32,667 nucleotides of DNA from a virus, in UHGV virus genome UHGV-0112844; one strand, written 5' to 3'. Shown here piece after piece: positions 1 through 9,851 of the stretch. The notes beneath the pieces were generated by a model. It was not told the DNA's origin. It ran no database searches and saw only the letters and a program-made list of their open reading frames with translations. Numbering within the stretch: position 1 is the stretch's first letter; every line of letters begins with the position of its first letter. A program made the translations under genes and the position numbers.

Positions 1-700
1 CAATATGGAACACATCAAGGGCTTCACCCCTGATGGGCCTTTCCGTCGTTTTGGCATGGTGGAAAAGCTGGAAGCGGAAGAAATCACCGAAGGGGCATTA
101 TCCGGGAAAATGGCGCTGTATGGCTGGATTGCCCCGACTGACGATCTGGTCACGATGACCAGCAACTGGCAGAAACTTTTCACCTCAATGGAAGTTAACA
201 CCAGCTTTGCCGATACCGGCTCCGCTTATCTGGTTGGCCTGGCGATTACTGACGATCCGGCAAGCCTCGGCACTGAAATGCTGCAGTTCAGCGCCAGCGC
301 AGAACATAACCCCCTGGCGCGCCGCAAGCTGGACAAAGACAACCTGTTTACCGCTGCTCTTGAAACGCTGATCGAGTTTGAGGACGTGCCGGAAAAAACC
401 AGCCTGTTTACCCGCGTGAAAGAGCTGCTGTCCCGCAAAGGCGCCGATGATAACGCCCGCTTTGCTGATGTGAATCAGGCTGTTGAAACCATCGCGCGTG
501 AGCATCAGGCGCTGGCGGAGCAGGTCAGCACCCATCAGACCGATTTCAGTAACAAGCTGAGCGATATGCAAAAGGTTGTTGATGAGACAACCAGCGCACT
601 CTCCATCCTGCGTGAGCAGCTTTCCACTCAGGACAGCCGCAGCGAACGCCGCCCTAATGCGACCGGCAATAACGGCGCAGAACAAACCACCGATTGCTGA
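1..700 (+). CDS. O: capsid scaffolding protein gpO, C-terminal part (gene starts at 32541 and wraps across the window end)
   Basis: ORF 5..700 resembles P2 gpO as recalled. The frame is continuous from 32541..32667 through position 1 (…YTALI|NMEHIKG…). It sits between terminase P (divergent) and capsid N. Confidence 0.85.
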   Translation, partial: NMEHIKGFTPDGPFRRFGMVEKLEAEEITEGALSGKMALYGWIAPTDDLVTMTSNWQKLFTSMEVNTSFADTGSAYLVGLAITDDPASLGTEMLQFSASAEHNPLARRKLDKDNLFTAALETLIEFEDVPEKTSLFTRVKELLSRKGADDNARFADVNQAVETIAREHQALAEQVSTHQTDFSNKLSDMQKVVDETTSALSILREQLSTQDSRSERRPNATGNNGAEQTTDC

Positions 701-715
701 CGGAGCAAAAGCACA

Positions 716-1864
716 ATGAAAAAAGAGACACGTTTTAAATTCAACGGCTATCTGACGCAGCTCGCCAAACTCAACGGCGTATCTGTGAGCGATATCGCCT
801 CGAAATATACGGCTGAGCCGTCAGTGGCGCAGACGCTGGAAACGAAAATCCAGGAGTCTTCCTCGTTCCTGCAGAAAATCAACATTATCCCGGTTGATGA
901 GCAGTCCGGCGAGCGTCTGGGGCTGGGTATTGGTTCCAGTATTGCCGGAAATACTGATACCACCCAGAAAGACCGTGAACCCGTTGATCCGACTTACATC
1001 GACGGTGAAGGGTACAAGTGTACCCAGACCAACTCTGATACGGCGCTGCCCTATGCGAAGCTGGATTTATGGGCCAAATTCCAGGACTTCCAGACGCGCA
1101 TCCGTGACGCCATCATTACCCGCCAGGCGCTTGACCGCATCATGATCGGCTTCAACGGCGTGAAGCGTGAAAAAACGTCAGACCGCGCGACCTATCCACT
1201 GCTGCAGGATGTGAATATCGGCTGGCTGGAAAAAATCCGCCAGGAGAAACCCGTACAGGTGATGGATAAGATCGTGTCCGAAGGCGAGGTTATTTCTCAG
1301 ACTATCCGTGTCGGTAAAGGCGGTGATTTCCTGAATCTGGACGCGCTGGTTATGGGCGCCGTGAATGAGAAAATCGCGCCGTGGTATCAGGAAGATACGG
1401 AGCTTGTGGTTATCGTCGGGCGCCAGTTACTGGCGGATAAATATTTCCCGATCGTCAACCGTGACCAGCCAAACAGCGAAACGCTGGCGGCAGATCTTAT
1501 CGTCAGCCAGAAGCGTATCGGCAACCTCCCGGCCGTTCGTGCGCCGTTCTTCCCGGCGAATGCCATGCTGATCACCCGCCTGGATAACCTGTCTATTTAC
1601 TGGCAATCAGGCTCCCGCCGCCGTTCGGTCATCGACAATCCGAAGCGTGACCGCGTGGAAAACTTCGAGTCCGTTAACGAGGCGTATGTTGTCGAAGATT
1701 ACGACGGCGTTTGCCTGGTTGAGAACATCGAACTGTTGCCCGTGCAGGCAGGTGGCAATGCCAGCCCAGCGCTGACAACTGAAACCATCCAGGAAATCGT
1801 CACGGCAGCGGTGAAAGGCGCGCTTGATGCGCAGGCAGCTGGCGGTGCTGGCGCCGGAGCGTGA
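716..1864 (+). CDS. N: major capsid protein gpN
   Basis: 382 aa ORF at the P2 synteny position after O. An RBS lies upstream. Size and position match the P2 major capsid protein. Confidence 0.9.
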   Translation: MKKETRFKFNGYLTQLAKLNGVSVSDIASKYTAEPSVAQTLETKIQESSSFLQKINIIPVDEQSGERLGLGIGSSIAGNTDTTQKDREPVDPTYIDGEGYKCTQTNSDTALPYAKLDLWAKFQDFQTRIRDAIITRQALDRIMIGFNGVKREKTSDRATYPLLQDVNIGWLEKIRQEKPVQVMDKIVSEGEVISQTIRVGKGGDFLNLDALVMGAVNEKIAPWYQEDTELVVIVGRQLLADKYFPIVNRDQPNSETLAADLIVSQKRIGNLPAVRAPFFPANAMLITRLDNLSIYWQSGSRRRSVIDNPKRDRVENFESVNEAYVVEDYDGVCLVENIELLPVQAGGNASPALTTETIQEIVTAAVKGALDAQAAGGAGAGA

Positions 1865-1867
1865 TAA

Positions 1868-2521
1868 ATGAATCCGTTCCGTGCTCACACTCAGTATGTA
1901 CAGGCACAGGATGCCGCCCGGCAGGGCGGCAGTAATGCCAGCCTGACGGGCTACAACCAGATGCTGTTACAGCTGACAGAACACCGCAGGCGCCTTAAAA
2001 CCGTCCAGTCAAACGAGCGCAAGGCTCAGCTCAAACGTGAGTTTCTTCCCGCTTATGCCTCATGGATTGCCGGTTTACTGGATGCTGACGCGTCAGGCCA
2101 GGACGACGTGGCGATGTACGTCATGATCTGGCGCATTGATGCCGGAGATTATACCGGCGCGCTGGACATTGCCCGCCATGCCATTAAACACGGCTGGGTC
2201 CTGCCGCAGCGATTCAACCGGACCTGCGGGACCGCTGTTGCGGAAGAGTTTGCCGACGCGGCAATGCGCGCTTTTTCTGCCGGTGAATCATTCAGTGCCG
2301 CCATTCTTACCCAGGTGCTCGATATCGTTGAAGGTCAGGATATGCCGGATCAGTCCCGCGCCCGACTTCATAAGGCGATGGGCTACGCGCTGCGGGATAA
2401 CGATCAGGCAGTGGCGGCACTTAACCATCTGAAGCGTGCCCTGCAGCTGGATAACAGTTCTGGCGTCAAAACGGAAATCAACAAGCTTGAAAGCCGATTG
2501 CGACAGGCAATGTCGGCTTAA
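1868..2521 (+). CDS. M: terminase small/endonuclease subunit gpM
   Basis: 217 aa at the synteny position. It resembles P2 gpM motifs (…WRIDAGDYTGALDIARHA…AMRAFSAGES…). Confidence 0.85.
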   Translation: MNPFRAHTQYVQAQDAARQGGSNASLTGYNQMLLQLTEHRRRLKTVQSNERKAQLKREFLPAYASWIAGLLDADASGQDDVAMYVMIWRIDAGDYTGALDIARHAIKHGWVLPQRFNRTCGTAVAEEFADAAMRAFSAGESFSAAILTQVLDIVEGQDMPDQSRARLHKAMGYALRDNDQAVAALNHLKRALQLDNSSGVKTEINKLESRLRQAMSA

Positions 2522-2619
2522 CGAATCGTGCCAACGCGCGGGGCGGCACGGGGTGGCGACAGGCTTTATGCCGCGTCAAAACCCCGTCCACCGCCCAACT
2601 ATTTGGGAGTGCCAGAAAT

Positions 2620-3087
2620 ATGCAATTCGTTTCGCCGGAACAGGCCGGGGAAAGTACCCAGGACGTTATTAAAAACACCAGTTTCTGGCCTGATGTCAGG
2701 GTTTCAGAGTTCCGCCGTGATATGCGCATGGATGGGAGTGTCACCGATCCACGCCTGCGTCTGGCGTTGCTGACAGCGATTGCTGAAGTTAACGCCGATC
2801 TTTATGAGTTCCGCGAGAAACAACGGGCGCAGGGGTATGCGAGCCTGGCCGACGTCCCTGCTGATGTGATCGACGGCGAAAGCCAGCGGCTCATGCTGTA
2901 TCGCCGTGCGGTGTTTTGCTGGGCAAAAGCAAACCTGGTTGAGCGCTATCGCGATTTTGACGCAACCGGCGACGGAAGCAAGAAAGCTGAAGATATCGAA
3001 ACAACCTTAGGCGAGCTGTGGCGCGATGTGCGCTGGGCGGAGTCCCGCCTGCGCGATATGCCGCATATGACGGTGGAGCTGATTTGA
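2620..3087 (+). CDS. L: head completion/stabilisation protein gpL
   Basis: 155 aa at the synteny position after M. Its stop overlaps the X start (ATGA). Confidence 0.8.
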   Translation: MQFVSPEQAGESTQDVIKNTSFWPDVRVSEFRRDMRMDGSVTDPRLRLALLTAIAEVNADLYEFREKQRAQGYASLADVPADVIDGESQRLMLYRRAVFCWAKANLVERYRDFDATGDGSKKAEDIETTLGELWRDVRWAESRLRDMPHMTVELI

Positions 3088-3290
3088 TGAAAGTGCGTGC
3101 GCATCAGTATGACACGGTGGACGCACTCTGCTGGCGCCATTACGGGCGCACGCAGGGAGTCACTGAACAGGTGCTGCAGGCGAATCCGGGGCTGGCTGAA
3201 TATGGCCCCTTTTTACCGCACGGGCTGCAGGTGGAGCTGCCGGACATTACGGCGTCAACCACTGCGCAGACTGTCCAGTTATGGGACTGA
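3087..3290 (+). CDS. X: tail protein gpX
   Basis: 67 aa. The ATG at 3087 overlaps the L stop. This is the conserved small tail gene before the lysis genes in P2-like phages. Confidence 0.7.
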   Translation: MKVRAHQYDTVDALCWRHYGRTQGVTEQVLQANPGLAEYGPFLPHGLQVELPDITASTTAQTVQLWD

Positions 3291-3293
3291 ACT

Positions 3294-3509
3294 ATGACGC
3301 TTGAACGAATCAGCGCCTTTATCACTTACTGCGTTGCCCTGCTTCTGGCATGGCTCGGCGATTTGTCTCTTAAAGATGTATCCACCATCACCGGTCTTGC
3401 GCTGGGAATTATTACTGCAGCGGTGACCTGTTATTTACGCTGGAAAGCCTACCAGCTGCTGCGGGACGGCAGAATATCCAGGGGGGAATATGAGTCCTTC
3501 AATCGTTAA
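3294..3509 (+). CDS. holin (small, 2-TM; possible pinholin)
   Basis: 71 aa with two hydrophobic segments and a charged C-terminus. It lies immediately upstream of the endolysin and overlaps it. Confidence 0.65.
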   Translation: MTLERISAFITYCVALLLAWLGDLSLKDVSTITGLALGIITAAVTCYLRWKAYQLLRDGRISRGEYESFNR

Positions 3510-4005
3510 GCGTTGCCTGGTCGGCGCGGTGCTGGCGATTGCCGCCACGCTGCCGGGTTTTCAGTCGCTTCATACCTCCGTCGAGGGGCTGAAACTGATT
3601 GCTGATTTCGAAGGGTGTCGCCTCCAGCCATACCAGTGCAGCGCCGGGGTCTGGACGGACGGGATCGGCAATACGTCCGGGGTAGTGCCGGGCAAAACCA
3701 TAACGGAGCGACAGGCCGCGCAGGGGCTGATTAATAACGTGTTGCTGACGGAAAAAAGGATTGAAGCCTGCCTGCAGGTTAAACCACCTCAGCATGTTTA
3801 CGATGCCCTGATCAGTATCGGCTTTAATGTCGGAACCGGGGCCATCTGCCGGTCAACAATGGTTTCTTACATCAATCGCCAGCAGTGGTGGCAGGCGTGC
3901 AACCAGCTCCCCCGCTGGGTTTATGTAAATGGTCAACGGAATAAAGGGCTGGAAAACCGGCGCGCCCGTGAGCTTGCCTGGTGTCTTAAAGGGGCAGGGG
4001 CATGA
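3490..4005 (+). CDS. endolysin, T4-lysozyme/GH24 family with N-terminal SAR-like hydrophobic segment
   Basis: Phage lysozyme signature (EGLKLIADFEGCRLQPY…WTDGIGNT). The N-terminus LVGAVLAIAATLPG is Gly/Ala-rich and resembles signal-anchor-release endolysins such as P21 R. Confidence 0.85.
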   Translation: MSPSIVKRCLVGAVLAIAATLPGFQSLHTSVEGLKLIADFEGCRLQPYQCSAGVWTDGIGNTSGVVPGKTITERQAAQGLINNVLLTEKRIEACLQVKPPQHVYDALISIGFNVGTGAICRSTMVSYINRQQWWQACNQLPRWVYVNGQRNKGLENRRARELAWCLKGAGA

Positions 4006-4430
4006 CGCGCGCGCTGGCGGTGATCCTGGCTCTGGTGCTGGCACTGCTGGGCTGGCAGTCATGGCGGCTTAACAATGCCGGTCACACCATCGGGACGCAG
4101 GCAGAGACGCTTAAAAAGAACAAGCAGGAGCTGGCGAAGAAAAACAGCCAGCTCATCAGCCTGTCCATTCTTACTGAAACCAACAGCCGGGCGCAGATGC
4201 AACTTTATGCTGCAGCGGAGGAGACTTCCGCACTGTTGCGGAGTCGCCAGCGCCGGATCGAGGAGCTAAAACGTGAAAACGAGGATTTACGCCGCTGGGC
4301 TGACACTCCTTTGCCTGCTGACATTATTCGGCTGCGGGAGCGTCCGGCCCTCGCCGGAGGTGCAGCTTACCGTGAGTGGTTGTCCAAAAGTGACGCAATG
4401 CCGCCTGGACAGGTCAGCGCCGCGCAGTAA
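4002..4430 (+). CDS. lysB: i-spanin (LysB/Rz-like)
   Basis: 142 aa with an N-terminal TM helix, a coiled-coil middle and a Pro-rich C-terminus. The o-spanin gene overlaps it. Confidence 0.75.
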   Translation: MTRALAVILALVLALLGWQSWRLNNAGHTIGTQAETLKKNKQELAKKNSQLISLSILTETNSRAQMQLYAAAEETSALLRSRQRRIEELKRENEDLRRWADTPLPADIIRLRERPALAGGAAYREWLSKSDAMPPGQVSAAQ

Positions 4431-4563
4431 TGGGGATTTGAACCAGGTGCTGGATGAGACTGAGGCCGCCTGGGCAGTATGTGCCGACAAAGTGGACACG
4501 ATCATAGCGTGTCAGGAGCGAGACAGTGAACAAGCCGCAGTCCTTACGCAACGCCCTGAATAA
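4273..4563 (+). CDS. lysC: o-spanin lipoprotein (LysC/Rz1-like), overlapping lysB in another frame
   Basis: Lipobox LTLFGC at the N-terminus. The ORF starts inside lysB in the +1 frame and extends beyond it, as P2 lysC does. Confidence 0.7.
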   Translation: MKTRIYAAGLTLLCLLTLFGCGSVRPSPEVQLTVSGCPKVTQCRLDRSAPRSNGDLNQVLDETEAAWAVCADKVDTIIACQERDSEQAAVLTQRPE

Positions 4564-4957
4564 ATCGGTGGCGTATGTCCGTGACAACCCGGACAAGCTG
4601 CACCTTTTTGTTGATAACGGTTCGCTGGTCGCAACCGGCGCCCGTTCAATGTCATGGGAATACCGCTACACCCTGAACGTGGTAATTGAAGATTTTAGCG
4701 GCAACCAGAATTTAGTGATGGCACCCGTGCTGCTCTGGTTAATGACCAATCAACCGGACGCCATCAACAACCCGGAGCTGCGCGAAAAACTTTTTACCTT
4801 TGACGTCGATATCCTGAGCAACGATCTGTGTGATCTCAGCCTCAATCTGCAGCTCACGGAGCGCGTGATTGTCAGCACAGACGGCACTGTATCGAGCGTA
4901 GAAGCGGTGCCGGAACCCGATGTACCCGACGAAATGTGGACGGTGAAACGTGGATGA
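4526..4957 (+). CDS. R: tail completion protein gpR
   Basis: The N-terminus (V/M)NKPQSLRNAL…LFVDNGS resembles P2 gpR as recalled. A GTG start is likely. Confidence 0.8.
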   Translation: MNKPQSLRNALNKSVAYVRDNPDKLHLFVDNGSLVATGARSMSWEYRYTLNVVIEDFSGNQNLVMAPVLLWLMTNQPDAINNPELREKLFTFDVDILSNDLCDLSLNLQLTERVIVSTDGTVSSVEAVPEPDVPDEMWTVKRG

Positions 4958-5396
4958 CCTGCAGAGGGTGGATGACTGGCTGGCGGCCCTGCTGGCGAAT
5001 CTGGAACCGGCAGCCCGCAACCGTATGATGCGACAGCTGGCGCAGGAGCTGCGCCGGTCGCAACAGCAAAACATCAGGCTGCAGCGCAATCCAGACGGCA
5101 CCGCCTTTGAGGCGCGCCGGGTGACGGCCAGAAGTAAAAAGGGGCGCATCAAGCGCCAGATGTTCGCCAAATTGCGCACCACTAAATACCTGAAAACCGC
5201 AGCCACTGCGGACTCTGCCAGCGTGCAGTTTGATGGGAAAGTCCAGCGCATCGCCCGTGTTCACCATTATGGTCTGCGTGATCGAGTCAGACGCAATGGC
5301 CCGGAGGCCCGGTACCCGGCACGCCGTCTTTTAGGCGTGAATGATGAGGTGGAAACCATCACCCGTGACACGCTGTTGCGCTGGCTGTCGGAGTGA
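4950..5396 (+). CDS. S: tail completion protein gpS
   Basis: 148 aa at the synteny position, overlapping the end of R. Confidence 0.8.
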   Translation: MDDLQRVDDWLAALLANLEPAARNRMMRQLAQELRRSQQQNIRLQRNPDGTAFEARRVTARSKKGRIKRQMFAKLRTTKYLKTAATADSASVQFDGKVQRIARVHHYGLRDRVRRNGPEARYPARRLLGVNDEVETITRDTLLRWLSE

Positions 5397-5400
5397 AATT

Positions 5401-5418
5401 TGTGTCACCGATGGCACA
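5401..5418 (+). promoter_or_regulatory. Ogr/Delta-type late promoter activator box TGT-N12-ACA (PV-like)
   Basis: TGTgtcaccgatggcACA lies about 45 bp upstream of the V start. This is the dyad characteristic of P2 late promoters. Confidence 0.6.
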
Positions 5419-5464
5419 AAACCCAACGCTGCCTCCCTTTTTCCTCTGATGGCAACCTTTCGTT

Positions 5465-6043
5465 ATGAACGCACAACTAACCGAAATCATGCGCCTTATC
5501 ACCAACCTGATCCGCACCGGCACCGTAACCGAAGTGGACCGGGAAAACTGGCTGTGCCGGGTGAAAGTGGGCGAGCTTGAAACCAACTGGATTAACTGGC
5601 TGACACTGCGCGCAGGCGGTGCCCGTACATGGTGGTGCCCGTCGCCGGATGAGCAGGTGGTGGTGCTGAGTATGGGCGGCAATCTGGAAACCGCTTTTGC
5701 CTTACCTGCGATCTATTCCAACCAGTACGCCCCGCCGTCGGACTCTGTGGACGGCTGCGTAACGGAATACCCGGACGGTGGCTGGTTTGAATATGAACCC
5801 GCGACCGGCCGCTGGCATGTGCGGGGCATCAAATCCATGGTGATCGAGGCTGCAGATAACATAACCCTGAAAACGGGGGAATTTGTGGTGGAAGCAAGCA
5901 ACACGCGCATAAACAGCGAAGTGGTGATCAATGGTGGCGTCACCCAGGGCGGCGGCGCCATGAGTTCTAACGGGATCGTAGTCGATAAACACGGTCATAC
6001 CGGCGTTAAGTCCGGCGGTGATACATCGGGAGGTCCGGTATGA
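5465..6043 (+). CDS. V: baseplate spike protein gpV
   Basis: 192 aa at the synteny position. The Gly-rich C-terminus is typical of gpV. Confidence 0.85.
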   Translation: MNAQLTEIMRLITNLIRTGTVTEVDRENWLCRVKVGELETNWINWLTLRAGGARTWWCPSPDEQVVVLSMGGNLETAFALPAIYSNQYAPPSDSVDGCVTEYPDGGWFEYEPATGRWHVRGIKSMVIEAADNITLKTGEFVVEASNTRINSEVVINGGVTQGGGAMSSNGIVVDKHGHTGVKSGGDTSGGPV

Positions 6044-6399
6044 CGCTGTATATCGGCATGAGTCAGGACAACGGCAGGGCCATTACCGACACGGACCACC
6101 TGCGCCAGTCGGTCCGGGATATTCTGCTGACCCCGCAGGGGAGCCGCATTGCCCGGAGGGAATACGGCTCGCTTCTGTCTGAACTGATAGACCAGCCGCA
6201 GAACCCGGCGCTGCGCCTGCAGGTTATGTCTGCGGTCTATGTGGCTCTGAGTCGCTGGGAGCCACGGCTTACCCTGGATTCCATCACCATAAACAGCAGT
6301 TTTGATGGTTCGATGGTGGTTGAGCTTACCGGGCAGCGTGATAACGGCGCGCCGGTTTCACTTTCGGTATCAACAGGAGCAGACAATGGCAGTCATTGA
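6040..6399 (+). CDS. W: baseplate wedge protein gpW
   Basis: 119 aa GPW/gp25-like, at the synteny position. Confidence 0.85.
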   Translation: MTLYIGMSQDNGRAITDTDHLRQSVRDILLTPQGSRIARREYGSLLSELIDQPQNPALRLQVMSAVYVALSRWEPRLTLDSITINSSFDGSMVVELTGQRDNGAPVSLSVSTGADNGSH

Positions 6400-7294
6400 C
6401 CTTTCCCAGCTGCCCGCCCCGCAGATAGTGGATGTGCCGGATTTTGAAACGCTGCTAAACGAACGGAAAGCCGCGTTTGTAGCCCTTTATCCGGCAGACG
6501 AGCAGGACGCGGTAAGACGCACGCTTGAGCTGGAGTCTGAACCCGTGACCAAGCTCCTGCAGGAAAATGCGTATCGTGAAATCCTCCTGCGTCAGCGCAT
6601 TAACGAGGCGGCGCAGGCGGTCATGGTGGCTTATTCCATGGGGAGTGATCTCGATCAGCTGGCCGGTAACTGCAACGTAAAACGTCTGACGGTTATTCCT
6701 GCCGATAACGACGCGGTACCGCCGGTTGCTGCCGTGATGGAAAGTGATGAGGCTCTGCGTCAGCGTGTTCCTGCAGCTTTTGAAGGGCTGTCAGTTGCAG
6801 GCCCAACGGGAGCTTACGAGTTTCACGCTAAAAGCGCTGACGGGCGAGTGGCTGACGCCAGCGCAACCAGCCCGGCCCCGGCGGAGGTGGTGCTTACCGT
6901 GCTGAGCCGTGAGGGCGACGGAACGGCTGCGGCGGATCTGCTGGCTGTGATTGAACAGGCGCTTAACAGTGAGAACGTGCGGCCGGTTGCTGACCGTCTG
7001 ACGGTGCGCAGCGCTGAAATCATTCCGTACAGCGTGGATGCGACGATCTTTCTTTACCCGGGGCCAGAAGCTGAGCCGGTGATGGAGGCGGCAAAAGCCA
7101 GCCTGCAGAAATATATCGCCAGCCAGACGAGGCTGGGGCGTGATATTCGCCGCAGTGCTATTTATGCCGCGCTGCATGTTGAAGGTGTGCAGCGTGTTGA
7201 ACTGGCCTCGCCGCTCGCTGATGTGGTGCTGGATAAGACACAAGCCGCTTCATGTACGGAATGGAGCGTAACCAACGGGGGAACGGATGAATAG
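6386..7294 (+). CDS. J: baseplate protein gpJ
   Basis: ATG at 6386 preceded by a caggag RBS. The 302 codons equal the length of P2 gpJ. The track ORF 6302.. is an upstream in-frame extension. Confidence 0.85.
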   Translation: MAVIDLSQLPAPQIVDVPDFETLLNERKAAFVALYPADEQDAVRRTLELESEPVTKLLQENAYREILLRQRINEAAQAVMVAYSMGSDLDQLAGNCNVKRLTVIPADNDAVPPVAAVMESDEALRQRVPAAFEGLSVAGPTGAYEFHAKSADGRVADASATSPAPAEVVLTVLSREGDGTAAADLLAVIEQALNSENVRPVADRLTVRSAEIIPYSVDATIFLYPGPEAEPVMEAAKASLQKYIASQTRLGRDIRRSAIYAALHVEGVQRVELASPLADVVLDKTQAASCTEWSVTNGGTDE

Positions 7295-7892
7295 TCTGCT
7301 TCCTCCTGGTTCATCGGCGCTTGAGCGCCGACTTGCTCAGACCTGCAGCGGAATTTCCGATCTGCAGGTGCCGCTGCGGAATTTATGGAACCCGGCAACA
7401 TGCCCGGTCAAGTTTCTGCCGTATCTGGCGTGGGCCTTTTCGGTTGATCGCTGGGACGAAGGATGGGCGGAGAGCGTGAAGCGCCGTGTTGTGCAGGATG
7501 CGTTCTATATCCATCAGCACAAGGGCACAACCAGCGCGGTGCGGCGTGTGGTGGAGCCGTTCGGCTTTCTGATCCGCATCATTGAATGGTGGCAGACCGG
7601 CGAGGCGCCGGGCACGTTTCGCCTGGATATTGGGGTGCAGGACCAGGGCATAACAGAAGAAACCTATCTGGAGCTGGAGCGCCTGATTGGTGACGCCAAA
7701 CCCTGCAGTCGGCATCTGATCGGCATGTCCATAAATCTGCAGACGAGCGGGCCATATTTTGTGGGAGCTGCCACTTACACCGGCGAAGAAATCACGATTT
7801 ACCCGTATATCAACGAAACCATCATTTCCGGTGGCACTGCCTACGAGGGCGGCGCCGTCCATGTTATCGACACAATGAGAGTGAACCCATGA
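7287..7892 (+). CDS. I: baseplate protein gpI
   Basis: 201 aa at the synteny position between J and H. Confidence 0.8.
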   Translation: MNSLLPPGSSALERRLAQTCSGISDLQVPLRNLWNPATCPVKFLPYLAWAFSVDRWDEGWAESVKRRVVQDAFYIHQHKGTTSAVRRVVEPFGFLIRIIEWWQTGEAPGTFRLDIGVQDQGITEETYLELERLIGDAKPCSRHLIGMSINLQTSGPYFVGAATYTGEEITIYPYINETIISGGTAYEGGAVHVIDTMRVNP

Positions 7893-9280
7893 GCGCAAAA
7901 TTTTATACCCTGCTGACGGATATTGGCGCGGCGAAACTGGCAAGCGCTGCCGCGCTCGGTGTGCCGCTGAAAATTACCCAGATGGCGGTGGGGGATGGCG
8001 GCGGCGTGCTTCCAACTCCCAGCGCACAACAGACGAAGCTGGTTTCCGAAAAGCGGCGCGCTGACCTGAACATGCTTTACATCGATCCGCAGAACAGCAG
8101 CCAGATTATTGCTGAGCAGGTGATTCCTGAAACTGAGGGCGGTTGGTGGATTCGTGAGGTTGGGCTGTTTGATGAAACGGGCGCGCTGATCGCAGTGGGT
8201 AACTGCCCGGAGAGCTACAAGCCGCAGCTGGCAGAGGGAAGCGGCCGCACGCAGACAGTGCGCATGGTACTGATTACCAGCAGCACCGATAACATTACGC
8301 TGAAAATTGACCCGTCCGTAGTGCTGGCTACCCGAAAATATGTGGATGACAAGGTGCTGGAACTAAAGGTGTATGTAGATGAGCTGATGGCGGCGCATCT
8401 TGCAGCAGCTGATCCGCATACGCAATATGCGCCAAAAGCCAGCCCGACGTTTACCGGCACCCCAAAAGCCCCGACTGCAGCTGCAGGTAACAATACTACT
8501 CAGCTTGCCACAACTGCGTTTGTGCAGGCGGCTCTGATCGCCCTGGTGAATGGCGCCCCGGCGACACTGGACACGCTGAAAGAAATTGCTGCGGCTATCA
8601 ACAACGATCCTAATTTCAGCACCACCATTACTAACGCTCTTGCACTCAAAGCCCCACTGGCAAGCCCGGCCCTGACCGGAACACCGACGGCACCCACGGC
8701 TGCGCAGACTGTCAACAATACGCAAATTGCCACTACTGCTTTCGTAAAATCAGCTCTGGCTGCGCTTGTTGGCTCATCACCTGCTGCGCTTGATACCCTG
8801 AACGAGCTGGCGGCGGCGTTAGGAAACGATCCTAACTTTGCAACCACCATGACAAATGCGCTGGCAGGCAAGCAGCCGCTGGATAGCACGCTAACAACTT
8901 TGTCTGGAAAAACCGCAGATGGGATTATCGAATACCTTCGTTTGGGAGAAGCGGCAAAAATGGAGGCGGCCACCGCACAGATCGGTGCTAATGGATGGCT
9001 ATATATTCCCGTTACTGGCGGCAAAAAAATGCTGCTGCAGTGGGGGCTTTTAACCGGTGCGAGTAATTATTCTTTTAAATTCCCAATTGCATTTCCCGTC
9101 GGTGGTTTATGCCTGGTTGCTATGGCCCATACAACTGATTCCGCTGATGTGAGCATGGTAACTATGACTAATGGATTTATCAGGGATAAAACCAGCGCGT
9201 TTGCTTTGTGCGCCAGAACAGTGAACGGCGTGCAGCAACCTTTTGAACGTAGCGTTTACTGGTTCGCTGTTGGCTACTGA
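7889..9280 (+). CDS. H: tail fibre protein gpH (constant N-terminus + currently resident variable C-terminal cassette)
   Basis: 463 aa with a P2 gpH-like N-terminus. Two ~72-aa internal fibre repeats lie in the middle (PTFTGTPKAPTAA…/PALTGTPTAPTAA…). A crossover site lies at the LRLGEAAK codons, and the protein ends …WFAVGY. Confidence 0.9.
   Translation: MSAKFYTLLTDIGAAKLASAAALGVPLKITQMAVGDGGGVLPTPSAQQTKLVSEKRRADLNMLYIDPQNSSQIIAEQVIPETEGGWWIREVGLFDETGALIAVGNCPESYKPQLAEGSGRTQTVRMVLITSSTDNITLKIDPSVVLATRKYVDDKVLELKVYVDELMAAHLAAADPHTQYAPKASPTFTGTPKAPTAAAGNNTTQLATTAFVQAALIALVNGAPATLDTLKEIAAAINNDPNFSTTITNALALKAPLASPALTGTPTAPTAAQTVNNTQIATTAFVKSALAALVGSSPAALDTLNELAAALGNDPNFATTMTNALAGKQPLDSTLTTLSGKTADGIIEYLRLGEAAKMEAATAQIGANGWLYIPVTGGKKMLLQWGLLTGASNYSFKFPIAFPVGGLCLVAMAHTTDSADVSMVTMTNGFIRDKTSAFALCARTVNGVQQPFERSVYWFAVGY
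8925..8950 (+). other. Gin/Hin-type inversion crossover site inside gene H (left boundary of invertible region)
   Basis: The sequence CCTT CGTTTGGGAGAAGCGGCAAAA encodes LRLGEAAK. The same motif recurs four times in inverted orientation downstream, with the same core dinucleotide TT/AA. Confidence 0.7.
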
Positions 9281-9375
9281 CGTCAAAATATTGTGTTATT
9301 ACTCACACAAAGTAGCTAGATAATTTTTTTATGAAACCGCACTTACGATCTGAGTTTCAAACTAAGGAGTGCGTT

Positions 9376-9849
9376 ATGAACTATTGGTTTAGCCCTGCAA
9401 ATAATGCTTTTTATCCCGTAGCTTTAAAGGAGTCTTATGTAAATGCAGGTAGTCTCCCGAATGATTTAATCGAAGTGGAAGATAGCGTGTTTAGCGAATT
9501 TTCCGCGACGCCACCAGAAGGGAAGTTGCGTGGCATTGGAGCTGATGGGTTGCCGATCTGGATTGATATTCCCGTTGTGGAAGAAAGCCCGGAACAAATC
9601 CAGGCACGCGCCCGTGCTTTGCGGGATGAATTCATCGTCAGTACAGATCGGATGCTTGTTTCTGATTACACTATCAACAATGTTTTATTAACCTCTGAGC
9701 AGCAAGCGGAGCTGTTGGATGTAAGGCAAAAGTTTAAAGTTTGGCCTGAGAGTGAGGGATGGCCGGGCATAGCGTTGCCTGCGATACCTCAATGGATTCT
9801 CATTGAGGCAGTAAACAACGGTTACGTAGTAAAAAATTGGCCTGAGTGA
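9376..9849 (+). CDS. G: tail fibre assembly chaperone gpG (Caudo_TAP family)
   Basis: MNYWFSPANNAFYP… is the canonical tail-fibre-assembly N-terminus. The ATG at 9376 follows an aaggag RBS. The track ORF 9331.. is an upstream extension. Confidence 0.9.
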   Translation: MNYWFSPANNAFYPVALKESYVNAGSLPNDLIEVEDSVFSEFSATPPEGKLRGIGADGLPIWIDIPVVEESPEQIQARARALRDEFIVSTDRMLVSDYTINNVLLTSEQQAELLDVRQKFKVWPESEGWPGIALPAIPQWILIEAVNNGYVVKNWPE

Positions 9850-9851
9850 AA

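Noticed and set aside
185-1145. Antisense or alternative-frame ORFs inside O and N (185..685 -, 748..963 -, 894..1145 +)
   Set aside because: They are fully embedded in well-supported structural genes and their composition is Arg/Ser-rich. They are frame shadows.
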